Source: Lingula anatina
Lineage: Eukaryota; Animalia; Brachiopoda
Direction of reading: 5' to 3'
Assembly (NCBI GenBank): GCA_051362555.1
Contig: CM120649.1
Location: 18,242,567 to 18,306,566, forward strand
DNA: 64,000 bases
In this document: positions 1-13,900 of the stretch, one piece after another
Position numbering within the stretch: the first letter of the stretch is position 1
Layout: each line of letters opens with the position of its first letter
Notes under the pieces: model-generated
What the model saw: the letters and a program-made list of their open reading frames with translations, nothing else
Databases searched by the model: none
What the model was told of the DNA's origin: nothing
Program-made: the position numbers and the translations under genes

Positions 1-2745
1 TGGCGCCACCATCACCAGGGTCACCTTGCAGATACCGCCTCCTCCGAGCCAGATGAAGCCAGTGAGACAGAGAGCGCAGGTGACCAACACCCCATCACAT
101 CAAGCACAGAGGACTCTCTGCTAGAACCAGAAGGTCATCAAGGTCAAATCTTAGGTCAAGGTCAAATGTCAGGTCAAGGTCACATGAAAGGTCATAGGCC
201 AAGTGATCATGTTTCCAAAATCAAGAACTCTGCAGTGAGTAAGTTGGTCGGTGGATCAGAGTGTGACTCTGTCGTGTCAGACTACTCAGAAATGGCCGAC
301 CCTGTGCGTGATCTCTTTGTGGAGAATGAGGTGAAGATTGTGAAAAGGGAAGAGCTTGCGGGCGGAAAGAATTTGTGCACTGGCAGCTCTCTTGAGGAGA
401 AGCCAGAGCGCAGTCCCGAGGAAACGCAGGAAGAGTTCGAGAAGCGTGTGCGTAAAGAGAATTATCTCAGTTTGGCCCAGGAATTTGCTGCCCTGAAGAA
501 GATCAATTCAGACGCATTACCATTTGACCTTCATAAGGAGGTCAACAAAAGGGAGTATAGTCCTATGAGTGAGGGCAGCTCAGTAGCCTCTGCACCTGTC
601 ACTCCTAGTGACCCAGATATTGAGTTGCTGGGGGCAAACACCAATCTGAATAAACTAGAACAAAATATAGCCAATCAGAACAAAGCTAACAACAACTCAT
701 CATATCAGAACAATGCTAATGACAAAACAGCCAATCAGAACACTAAAGATAAAATGTCAGCCAATCAGGATGTCGCTTCCTTTGTGATGATGCCAGATGT
801 CATCCCTCAGCCAAAAGTAGCCTGGGGTGAAGGTCCTGCCAATCAGGAAACCTCGGCACACTCTGGACTGTCACAACCGTCTCACCTAACACAATCAAAC
901 GTTAGCGCAGACACCTCCCATGAGAGATCTCACAAATTAATGGAGAATGGACATTCTGCATCTAAGGACAAAGGTGCCATGGTGAGCAGTGCCAGTGAGG
1001 AGTTGGGCGACTTTGACGTGATTGAGAGCACGCTGCCAGAGTTGGATTGGAACACCATAGAGCAGAAGCTGCAGAGAGCAGCAGAGGAGGAGAAACAGAG
1101 ACTGAAGGTGAGGCCTCTTTTATTTCTTGCTCACTGTGGGTTGATATTTTCTCTTAGTCAACCATCCCTATGTGACTGGTTGATCAGAAGGTTCCATATC
1201 ATAAATTTATAGAATCTGTTTGATCAAGTTTGATTTGTTTCAGTTTATCAGATTAAGAAGATCTAGATCAAATCTGTTACATTCAGTGTGATTTGTTTTA
1301 GATTAATAGGTTAAAAAGATATTTGAACGCTGCAGTTTATTCATTTGTCAGTCTAATATGAAAGTCATATCTGAAGTTTGAAGCCAATCCCAGACTAGTC
1401 CTGCATATTTACCAATTATATAACCACAACAAATGTTTGATTAGGCTGTCATAAAAACTGGAAGCTGCAATCGAGCTTTAAATGCCAAAAGATGAGCCCA
1501 AGTTTTTTTCCCTTCATTTCAATCTGAATATGACTCATTACTGCCAGTATTCCAAACTCCTGTTTCACCATCAGCTGTGGTTGCAAATTGATGTTTTTTT
1601 CCCTAGAATTCCAGACATCTATTCATCTATACAATTCAATATTGTAGTGTGTCTGGGATTGAGATAATATCCCTGGGGAAGTAGTTGATGCTTATTCAAT
1701 GATCAGACAAATCTGGGTCTCGTCTTCCTACCCTGAGTTTCACAACCTGACAGAGATTACTGCTCTCTGTATACCAGTACACTCTTCTTCAACATCCTCA
1801 ATGAGGCTTTAATATCCAGGGTGCTTTGATATGCAGGGTGCTTTGATATCCAGGGTGCTTTGATATTCAGGGTGCTTATTTATGGGTCACAATAGACCTT
1901 ATTTCATGAGAATAAACTGTGTCATTATGGTTTTGTTAAGGTTGTTAGTGGTTAATTTTTTGGCTGGTCTGTAATTACACGAACAGCACATGTACATATA
2001 TAAGTGAAAGAATTCCTGGAACTTAACGAACAATGATGGATCTTTATGACCCCAACTTGAAATCACAAAGTTGGGTCAATGTTAATGCACTAAATGGTAG
2101 GTTTTAGTATTTAATAATCCCCTTAAATATCCCACATTTGATTCAACTTGATGACTGAAAACATTCACTCATTTATGGACAGCAAGTGTGTAGGTTCAGG
2201 GTTAGTTCTGAGACAGAGGTCAGCAGTCAATGATGGTCACAGCAAAATTCCAAATGTGTTAGTTGTGCTGTAGGGACAACACGGCACAATTGGTCACTAA
2301 CCAGCTGTCACAACCCACACTGTGCTGCTTGCCTCCAAGGCATTGTTTCTGATGAGATATGACATCAGCTGAACTGAAATTTTGGATGTGCAGTTTACAG
2401 GAATATTTTTTTTTTTTTTTTGATTTTATTTATGTAAATTTTAATGTTTGGAATATGAAATGGCACCGAAGGTACCAGAGTAAGTGCAGTGCCAGGAAAG
2501 AAAAAACTGAGTTAAAATGAAAAAAGTTAATTCCTTCTTCTATACACCGTTACAACCTTGATGTCCAATCCATATATCGTTAATTAATAAATATACAGGA
2601 AAATACTTGTAATATACATGAAAGTTTTTAAGCTTTCTATAGCTGATTACAACGTTCACAGTGGCTTTTTACACTGACCAAAACGTCCACTGGCTATTCA
2701 TGCACTAACTACCATCAAGCTCGATTATGGCTCAAGAGGCTAGAA

Positions 2746-2785
<40 letters not shown>

Positions 2786-5700
2786 CATCTCAGCCCCCCC
2801 TCCCCCCACCCCCACCCCCACTTCCCTTCATCAAAGTGCTGCAACCTCAAAAATGAATATCCAGAGTAACAAAAAGCAGCTCAGAGAAAAACTTACTTAG
2901 CATGTAGATGTTATTTTTATTTCCAAATGTGTAAAAATATGTCAGATTAATTCAGCTTTGTGGTCTGATACCCTCCCCTGGGACATCCCTGTGGGGAGCT
3001 CTAATGGATGCTTTAGTCTTCAGTGAATGTAAAGTATCAGTTTGGAATGAATGGGAACACGGTTTAGGCTAGGTATAATATCGGCATTCAAGAAATGCTC
3101 CACTGTGTGGGACGAAATTGGTGGATTTGCAACCCTAATCTGCCACCAAGACAGGTTGACTTAATAGCTGGCTTTTGATGAATTAATTCATCTGTGAAAT
3201 TTGCTTCCTGACAGATGTTTTTTTTTCTCTCTTAAGAGTAGTTTTGGTGTTATTCTTTTGTCTAAATATCTTTCAGGGGAGGAATGCGGACAAATAATTT
3301 TTTTTTTAATATAAAACACTGAAAGTTATTAATTAAGCTAAAACAAAATCCCCCCAAAACTTAGTTTTAGTTGATCTTTGTGGATGCGTTTTAAACTTTT
3401 AAACAAGATCTACACAGTGATTGTAATGAATATGACTTTGATTTTCACTCAAGACTGTTACATTGAAAGAAACTTCTTATGAGTCAAAGTCGTTCCTCTT
3501 CAATCTATCTAAATAGCATCTAAACTTACGGTCAGTCAAACCAGATGCTATTTAGATCTGTCCCTGTGGACAAAATTCATTCTGGACAGTCTTTTCATTA
3601 TTTATATGTTATGAGAGGTCCAACCTTAAAATTACACTAATAAGGACCTTGCTCATTTCTCCCAAAGTTCGCTTTTTACAGTAAGGACAGAAGTTCTACC
3701 TGGGTCATATGCACTTTATAATTAACAAAGTAAATAAATGGCAGAGAATGTCCTATGTGTCAGTAAGTAAAAACTAGCTGTTGATTTTAATTGAAACTGG
3801 CTGTCTTGAGCTTGGGACCTCAGTTAAAATGATTCATGTGATTTGCATAATTGCTAGCTGTTTGACTGTCTATCTTGCAATTAAGAAATTATAATACAAC
3901 AAAACAAAAAAAATAGAAGAAGAAAAGAAAAAAAGGGCGGAATGGTTATTTATAACACTCAGTTAGATAAGGCTTTAGTTTGACACCTGGAAATCACTTG
4001 TAATGTATTTTTAATGACAGCAGTCTTAAACCTACTTTATTCACGTTCACAATGGTTACGTGCGTTTGTCTGTTTTTCTGGATGCCTAGACTATGACAGG
4101 GATTCTTTGCAGCTTTTTACTGGGTTTCTTATAGAAGATTAACTATTGATTTTAGGGAACGTCCTTTTAGTTGTTATAAAAAATCACAAGGGAATTCAGT
4201 TAATGGGATTTCTTTTTTAGATATTGGAATGTTATACTAAAAGATGCAATGGATTTTTGTTTTTTTAAATCTTCCCATTGTTTATTGTGTGACAAAACCA
4301 ACCGATGCATTAATGATGAACAGACAGATGGATGCACGCACACACTCATGCGCATAGACATGCTCGAGGAAATATGGACAGACATTGTCATGATATTTTA
4401 AAGAAACTTTATAAATTATACTTTGACTTGTAACTTACAGTCGCAGAATAAAAGTGAATAAAATGATAATATGACTGTTGATTGAATTCTTAATTACTCT
4501 CAGCCTGAGCTCAGGCATCACACAGAAGCAAACACATGGTATGTCCTCTAGCTGTTACTGTCTGTTCTATGGTTCCACACAGTCAGTTACACATATGCCA
4601 GATTTTTGGAGAGATCTCAAATCTTGTGAGGATTCTGATCAATATTATGCAATTATTTCTGGGGAAAATGGCATCTTTAGCTGTAAGTTATCAAAAATTG
4701 TAGGTCAGGTCTCTGTGGGCTGGAGACCAGACATAATATCAGACAGGTGCCCACTGTTCTGGTTTCTTAGAGCACATACAGAACAGCGGATTAACACATC
4801 TGCAAATCAAATATGGCGACCCACTAAAAAGCTTGCTGCTTAATTCCCGATTAGACTGGGTTCCCATCCCTTCATTGATCTAACAGGATCAGTCCAAGTC
4901 TCTGGGAATGGGCTCTTAGGCTGTATTCCCAGAACTTTTAGATCAATCTATCCCCGCGGGGAGTCTCACTAGATTACTGTCAGATAATCCGGTTTAAATG
5001 TCCGTCCTGCCTACTACAAGCTGTAAGGGGGTAATTAACTTTCGTGTCCGCCCGGCTGACAGCTATTTAGCGTGAACCCCCAGGGAGTTAGGTCGATCTA
5101 AAGTAGATCGATCTAATTTCTGGAAATGGGGTCTAAGACACCAAATAGATTCCCCATGGGGATTACACAACAAGCATTTAAGTGGATCGGCCATATGTAA
5201 TCCGTGGATCTGTTTGTCTGCTGTTCTGAATGTACTCTTAGGGACTCTTCACTATGAGTTATGTCCACCTTGCTACTGCACACAAACTCCAAGGGGACTC
5301 TTGCTGAATGCAATCACTAACAAACAAACACGTCTCTTCCTGGCTTTGAGTACAATTCAGAGATGGTTGAATTGCTGTGTTTTATTTTTGATGCTTGTAG
5401 TTAGTATGAATAATTTTGACCGACTTTTAATTCAAGGTGTGTATCAGGACTGAAATTGAATTACAAATTCCTCTCTGTTTGAACTCTCTGGTGGGCTTGG
5501 CAATTGTAGTGACCTTTTAAAAGAGCACAACCTTTTAAAAACCCACATACAAGTGCAGATGAAAACTGTTGTGAATATATGTAAAACTCAGATAGAATTT
5601 CAAGTTAATGATGTTTGTGTAAGAGATATTGATTTTCCTGAAGATATTCCAGCCGAAATTATGTCTCCGGGATTTACTGGCAAAGACATGCATTGGGCAG

Positions 5701-6408
5701 TGGGATAAACTGTAAGAGAAAGGCGCATTATGTATCTATTTAACTTTCTTAAAAGATCGTTTAAGGCATGAGCTAGATCTCGTATCTATTCAGGTTGAGA
5801 TGATATAATTATTTATCTCCAGTAACTTAAGGAGTTTCAACTTCTTTAGAAGGTCTGTTAATCCCATAGCTCTTGATGTAGATGAGATTTAAGTTCTCCG
5901 TGGCACCAGTGTATGTCCTGAGTTTTCGAATGACTGGGCACTAAAGAGAAAAAGAGGACGCACTGAGAAAATAGCGTTATCAAGTGTTTTTAATTAATTT
6001 GTAATACATATTCAAATTTTGCTCAGCAAGGGTATATTTTTTATCAGAAACAGGAATTAGGGTTGCATAATTGTATTATGTTCTGCTTTCCTGTTGATTA
6101 ACTGCCGTCTTGCCTGGGAGTTAATGTTGTTTTACAGATAAAGCAAATTGGAATTGCTGGTGCTGGAAAATTTTGTGCCAGTTCTGAGATGTACTGCCAT
6201 CATGCTATCCAGAAAGGATTTTGATAGCGATTGTGTACATTTTACAGGCCTTTAGGCAGGAGAACATCAGGAGGTTTATATGAAATGTTCCTTTGGCCAG
6301 AAAAGGTCCACTTTGAATCCAAATTTGACCTAGGCAGCCATGCTTTACTTCATTATTAAGTTAGAACAACTAAGAGGGTAAAAAGTCAATTTTTTTTTCA
6401 GAAAAAAG

Positions 6409-6453
<45 letters not shown>

Positions 6454-9400
6454 TTTGATATTGCAGACTCCACAGGATTGTAAGGTTCTGTGCTTTAGTC
6501 ATATCCTGCCAAGTAGAACAGATTGCAGTAGAAGCATACGTACTGGAATATTGTGTGTAGGTAGCCCAGACATATTGGAATTGTGTGTAGCTAGCTCATT
6601 ACCTTCTCCCAGGGGAAGTCTATTAGGATAGCAATGATTGTGGGATATCAGTTGGAACAGCTCATCTGTTGGTGCTTACCAGAAAGAGATGAACACAAAG
6701 GCAAAATGAATAGGGAGTGCTGGTGATTGTAAAGGACTTTAGTGATTTAATCTAGTCTTTCACTTTGAAATATCTGGCTTCAACTCAGAGGCCAGTTTCT
6801 TAAAATGGCTTCAGACTGCAAGTTGGGACTTAATTTTAGGCCAAAACTTTGTTCTGTTTCCTCACAGGATTAATGTGAGTTCTTTCACAAAAATAGTGTG
6901 ACTGTTGGTAAAAAAAAAAAAAAAAAAAACCCTCTTGTTTTAACTCAGGTGCTTTGTTTCATTTATTTATAAATTTCTGGTTAATTACCTTGGGTCAAAG
7001 TGGCTAAAGTTTTGGACTTAAAAGTTTCGGCCAACTTTGATTATTTTTCTCGATCCAACCTGATCTAATTAGTAACAGTTTATTGATTTACAATTTGGAA
7101 AGCTTAACATTGAAATAAAATTGAAAATTTTATTTCAATTTTATTTCAATGTTAAGCTTTCCAAATAAAATTGAAAATTGTATAATAAAATCTGCCATTA
7201 AGCATTTTATTTGAAGTAGAGAAGGAAAGGGCTCTGAAGGTCAAAAGTGTAATGAATAAACATGTTTGGTAGATTGAGAAGCCTTGTAAAACAAGGCCTT
7301 TACTTGTACGACTTCCAGGACAAAGTCAAAGACTACAAAACATTTCAGCCACTTAAGTGTTTATTGTCATGGTTTTCAACAAAATATACAGCAAAATGGA
7401 GAATGTCTAATTTCATTATGATGTATGAATAGGTCCCTATATTGATTTTTGAGAAGATTATTGTCATTGATCAGTGAAATGGCATCACTTTAACAGAGCA
7501 AGTGCTTGATGGTTCTCAAGTCATCTTTCTCTGTATTACCATCTATTGATTTCTGCAGAGTAATAACGGCAAATATGCCAAGACATAGACCACTGTCATT
7601 TTGTCATTTAGTCTCTTGAAACCACCAAATGCACTTTTAAGAGTAAATTACTTGGAGAAAGATTAAAATTTATGAACAGATGACGGGAGATGGCTGTAGT
7701 TATGAATGGTGAGATATGTCCCTTTATCCGTCTAGCGGTCAGAATATATTAATTGAACTTGTGAGATGGAAGATGACACGTAACATGAATCACCATATTT
7801 CCGCGATTGTCTAGGAAATGTGTAGGAAGCATGCAACAGTTAATCAATGAAGGATGTTTGTCACGGAAAGAGTTGATCACCGCTTTGTTTGGGCGCAGAC
7901 GGAGAAATGATCTGCTGGTTATTCAGAGAAATTTAATATTAGTACAGTTATGTTGAGTCACTGAAGTAGTTTTAGGTGTGGTAGGGTTAGAGTTTTTTTT
8001 TTTTTTTTTTTGGGGGGGGGAGGGGGGGGGCATAAGTTAACCTGCCTGGAGTACTATGGAATTTGTGCTTCTTGAGAACTTACTTGTGGGAATCATAAAA
8101 TTGACTAGTGTAGGCCCTTGTTTGTGTGTGTGTGTGTGTGTGGGGGGGGGGGGTTATAGAGGGTTTTAACAATTCACACAAAGTGCCTTATTAGGTTAGG
8201 GAAAAAGTTGCAGAAATTTGTTGGTTATAGACCTTGGACAAAGATGGATATAATTCTCTCTGATCATGTGACTGGTCATAAATACTTTAATGCACCAGAC
8301 TCTGATCAAAACCAGCCCTGACTAATACCACTATTAATAGTGTTAGACGTGGCTAATGCACATTTAATTTATTGAAAGGTAATTTCCACTTAGAGTCAAA
8401 TCATCAAAGGTTGTTTGTTTTTATCTTTTTTTCCCCTACATATGTATGACCCCAAAATCACCCAAGGAAATCATGGAGACTAATAAAAATGAACAAAACA
8501 AAGGAGTTAGAGAAGTTCCAACAAGAAGAAGGCATGATCAATTGCTTTATAGTTTTTAAAATGCAAACACCACTTTATGATCAAATCATTAACTATAGTA
8601 AGAAATAATAACAGCAGAAAATAAAGAGAATCATATTTAAAAATACCATGGCATTAATTTTGTAATTTCCCAGAAGTTACCATTGCCTAATATACCACCA
8701 TTTTCAAGATAAACCATTCTTGTTGGTTGAAAAATGATATTTCTAATGTAAACTTATTTTTCAAAACTCATCACTTTTATCTTTTGGGGCATTACCAACA
8801 AAATATCATCTGAGGAACTATGATTTATCACTTTTGTGCAGTTTTCATGAGAACTTACAAGAAATGCATAGAATCAGCAATTCTGGACAAACAAATGACC
8901 CTAAAGACCTCCAAGTGACTAATGGGGATTTAATGAAACTGAACTAAAAGACACTGCTTAAAAAACAGTTTCCAGGATAACCATCCCTTATTTTGCCCTG
9001 TAGATGGCAGCACGTGCCGCGGTGATAAGTCAGCCCATTGATTCCCTGACAGTGAGGTTTATCCCGAGGCTGGTTGTGCATTTAGATTGATCCACAGTCA
9101 GTCACGACACATTTTACATGATGTGAGAGACCTCACTGGGCTTGTAAACAGCCTGATCCTGGAATTGGATTTTGAATTATTGACCGGTTGAGCTATCATA
9201 AGCTGTGTGAGGCAGCTAAAAGACCTGTATGATAGAGCCTTAAGACTTGTGGGAAGAGGTTCAGTTTGATTGGTGGTAGCAGCTAGCTAGACAGGTCGGT
9301 GGCAGCGGTGGCTGCTCTAGTGAACTATTATATCGGAGAACACAACTTATTGACTTGGTTACGGGAACCAATTGAACCAAGGTTTTGCCTTGCAGCTCCT

Positions 9401-10919
9401 AACGTTACGCCACCATGGGCAGTCAGCCTTGAAACTGACATGCTGACGCATTGAGTCCAAATTTATCTTAATTACAAGGTACCTCCAAGCTTTTGTCTGG
9501 GGTTTGAGTCAGAGTAAAAACAGACTGAGTGGAGCAGTACTGTTGACAGAGTGTATTGTGCACTGAAAATAGCTCAACTTAATAAGGTTAACTATGAAAG
9601 GCGTAAAGGGACCCCTAAGATGTGTACTGGGGGCATTAGCTCCCCGATACATAGGGGCAAAGACAGCGGACGCAAATATGGAGAATTATTTCGAGGAATT
9701 AGGTGTTGGAGGCTATGTTGGTTCTTCAATGTGTAGGTGCGGGGAATGTCTTGCGCTGTCCAAATGTATCAGCACAGCTATCAACAGTGATAACGTCAAC
9801 TATGACAGGTACTGTAACGTCATGTACCGACCAGGTACCCGACAACTTTATAAATTTCACCTTGCACTGTTACAGGCGCGGCGTAATGACCGCGAGGAGA
9901 TACGTCGCAAGCTGGCCATGGGGACGGACGAGGAGTATTACGGAGGAGAACGCACGTTCAGGAAACCTAATCTTCAAACACGACTTCAAAGTGGGATGAA
10001 CTTACAGATTTGTTTTGTGAATAACTCTCTGCCAGAGTCGGGTAATGTCCCTCCTGTCACGGCTGAGGGAAACCCCCAAGGAGAGGAGAAAAATCAGGAG
10101 GCAGAAGCAGACACTGGATTCTCCGAGGTATATCTTTTTTACTGAATTCTATTATTATTATTTAAAAAAAAAAATTTTTTTTGAGGAATTTTTTATTTGT
10201 CATTTATTTTCCTTCAGTATGTTAAGAATAGTACTATTCTAAAAAAGTAAAAATGCTTTATAGTAAAATTGTCACGAATTTGCTGGTTTCTTGTTAAAAG
10301 TGCACAGTTATGATTCATTTCATACTACATTTGACCCTTTTCCCTAGTCATTTTGTTGAGTTACTATATGTAACTTTTACTTATTTCTGGAATTTGGGGC
10401 TATGTTTAAGTTTTCCTTCTTTCCTTTATCTGGTAAGAATTCATTAGCCAAAATTATTCAATGAAAATTACATCTTACAATCATTTGTATTTTGTCAATA
10501 AGAATACAAGAATGGCATAAACCATTAAGAAAAAAAGGAAATTTAATACCCCTAGAAAGGTACACTGAATACTATGCTTTAAAAACACGCTGAAGTAGTA
10601 ACAGGTGTCTCTGCTTTGATGTGCATCCTAATGAGCACTGCCCCCAAGGACTACGTTATTGACCTGGGGAAGGTTATTGGGTTTATAATGACACTGACTG
10701 CCTCGCTGAACAGACTACAATTAAGATGATTCAATTAGGAAGTCTTATGTTCCTCTCTATGGCTAATTGGTCGTCATGAAAAAAGGATTAACGTTTGTTG
10801 TGATGGATGGGTGTCTACCAACCAGATGTTCATTAACTCCGCTTTCTTTCTTAGCACACACGCTATCTCCTATAAAAAACCACCACGTCTCTCTCTCTCT
10901 TGCTCTCTCTCTCTTTCAA

Positions 10920-10971
<52 letters not shown>

Positions 10972-13900
10972 ATATCTGTCCATGGGTGGCAAAAGCTTTC
11001 TGTTCTAAGGGTTGTGAACTTTTCATGAATAGAAATCTTTCTTACTTTATAATAAAGTAATCTTTCCCCATTTCTAACCTATAAAAGGACTCAGAACTCA
11101 GTCATAAGATGGAAGGTTGTGTCAGTACTTGTTTCGATCGGTTGATGTTCAATAAACAGACCTAACTATCCTGAAAATCTGTAATTCGTTGATTGATAAA
11201 CAACATATCATCCTGACAGCACAGTTCACTCTGCTTCCTCTTCATTTCAGTCCTCAGCGATTGCCGAGACTACAGCCGAGACCCCTCTCCTGCAAGACAA
11301 GCCAGAACCAGAGCTCAATAAAAATAACGTCAGCAAGGCGGTAGATGATGAGGATTTTTTTGCTAAACAGGTGCAGTTACAGGCTGAGGCCAGGCTGGCG
11401 CTTGCACAGGTAATAATAATAGTAACTAATAATAACTTATAATACATAATATAATATATATTAATATATAATACAGACAGCACAGACCTCCACTCACTAG
11501 TAATTAATTCATGTGCCACCACTAAAATGTAATCAATTCTAGGTGAGCCCATTTATGACCAATCTTGAACAGTCGTAATTTTTTAAAAACCTTTTTGACT
11601 TAGACTGGCAAATAACAAATTGTCAGAGGCATAAACGATAGTGTTTACTTCCAGGCCAAGCCAATGGCGCAGATGCAGCTAGAGATTGAAAAACAACAAA
11701 AGAAAAAACAGTCTGTTGCAGAAAAAGTAGTAAGTACAGTATCAGTATGGTGATAGGTAACTTTATGATACATCGTCTGAGAATGGTTGGTAAACACAGC
11801 CATTTTTATTTATGTTTTTATTTATTTATTTATAAGTCTTAAATTTTTATTTTGTCAATTGCTTGCTAAATCAGACAAAAGTTAAAAATGATTTTAGACC
11901 AAAAATAATTACTTTCATTTTCTCTGGTAAATTAGACTCAGCTCCGAGGACTATCTTTATGCTAGCTTTCAGTCCATCCAGATATGGATTTTTATCGTAA
12001 TTTTCTGACAGCGTTCCAGACAACCCTCCTACAATTATAAAAGGCCAACAGTTTTACCTTTGAGCAATGTAACTTGGATCAATGACTTATGAATCATTCC
12101 CATAGAAAAAAAAATTGGGTGGAATCTGGAAGATCTCTTATGACAACAAAAGTAAAAAATGCCTGTGATGATGATGAATAAAACATGTCAGTTGACATTT
12201 GAATGAGGTCTGAAAGCATGACTTGAAAATCTACAGAATTTTTTTTAGTTCTCACATAAAAGGAAAAAAACGGGAATTATCATGATCATAGTTGGGATGG
12301 AACAATTGATGTTTGATATCTGCAAATATAATTTGAATATCCAAGATTCCTACCAGATAATTATAGTCAGTGACCTTTTCACTAGACTTATCAATCGGTT
12401 CTTCATTTAAAATTTTACATGATGATGATTTCCTCTGACCTCTCCTCACACATTTGTGTTAAATATACTTATTCCAGTAATCATATAACAGTCCCAGAAG
12501 GACCCCACTTGCAAGGCTGAATCTTTAACAAAATTATTTTATATTTTCATGTCTTTAACTTGTTTGCCCTATTGTATAACTTATAATTATATAACAGTTC
12601 CAGATGGGCCCAACTTTCGAAATTGAATCTTTAACAAGATTTACTTCATAATTTCATGTCTTAAACTCGTGTGCCCTGTTGTGTGGGTCTCTTGGTTGCT
12701 GTTGATTCCCAGTTGCCAGCAATGTCCAGAAGCCTGCATTAGATTAAACCTCAATTCACCTGTACCTTATACAGCAAATACTCCTAAGTTTCAGACACTG
12801 CGTTTATACCAATATTTAATTTCCTCGAGATCGTACATTTTTGTTTCAAAGAAACACATTTGACTTGATTTGAGAAATCTCCAAATCATCATCATCACCT
12901 TCTGGCATTACCAACTTAACACTTTTAGGAAGCTTGATATTATAAATTCACTCTGTTCAAATTTGGAAAACAGTTAAGGTACCTTCACCAACCCACCAAG
13001 CGAGTTTCTTTGCAATGTCAAGACAGTTTCATTGGAAACCTGAAGCAATGATAAGATAATTAAATTTATAAGGAATATTTCCATGACTTGGAAGGCTAGT
13101 AAAGGTTATGGTTGGGTCATTCTGGATATAGTTTCCTGCCAGTCAAAATAACTGATAGACTGACCTGTGACTTTAACACCATGGGTAAACTAACCATCAG
13201 TCAATTTAGCAACCATATTACCTGTAGTAGATAGGTAGCTGTACATTTACTGCCAAGCTAGAATGAGTATGTCTTGTTGATAAAGGGAAATTTACAGACA
13301 TTTCTAGGAAAGATCATCATTTTGCTACATAAAGGTGTAATTATGAGAATTCTGTGTCTAAAAATATGTCAATCTCTTTTGGACATCTAACAGAGAGGCA
13401 ATTGGATTATGGTGATCTTCTCTGACAGTTATTGTGTTAACCTTGCAAAAAATCTGGGGGCTTGTTTTACAAAATGGCTGAAGTGGAAAATAGGCCCTAA
13501 CAAACATAGACATTGAGACAAGAATATTAGACATCGAAAATTTAGTGTAAGTCCCATTTTGCAAACTTAACATTCTGAAAAGCCACTTGTCACTTTAGTT
13601 TCTGTCTTTTGATGAAGCCCCTAGTGCATTTTATAATCTTTGTTTTCAATTTGGGGAAGAGTTATATTTTCACTGGCAACAACACCGCTTTCAGGTGTGT
13701 CAGTTTCATTTTTGTTGGTCTGTTGTTTGAAAAAAGCTCTTAAACCAATAATATCGAGTCAACATTATCTTGTGGGCTGTCAGAATTTGGCTTTTATGGC
13801 CTAAATGCTCTCAGTTCAACCCGAAAACTTTTGACTTTTTTATGAAACAGGCCTCAGGGAGTCACTCTGAATATTTTGTCATGTTTTATGCCAGTCATCA

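Noticed and set aside
670-770. Repeated GCCAATCAG (CCAAT-box-like) motifs
   Set aside because: They lie inside the SCHIP1 coding exon and encode an ANQ(N/D) peptide repeat; there is no evidence of a promoter.
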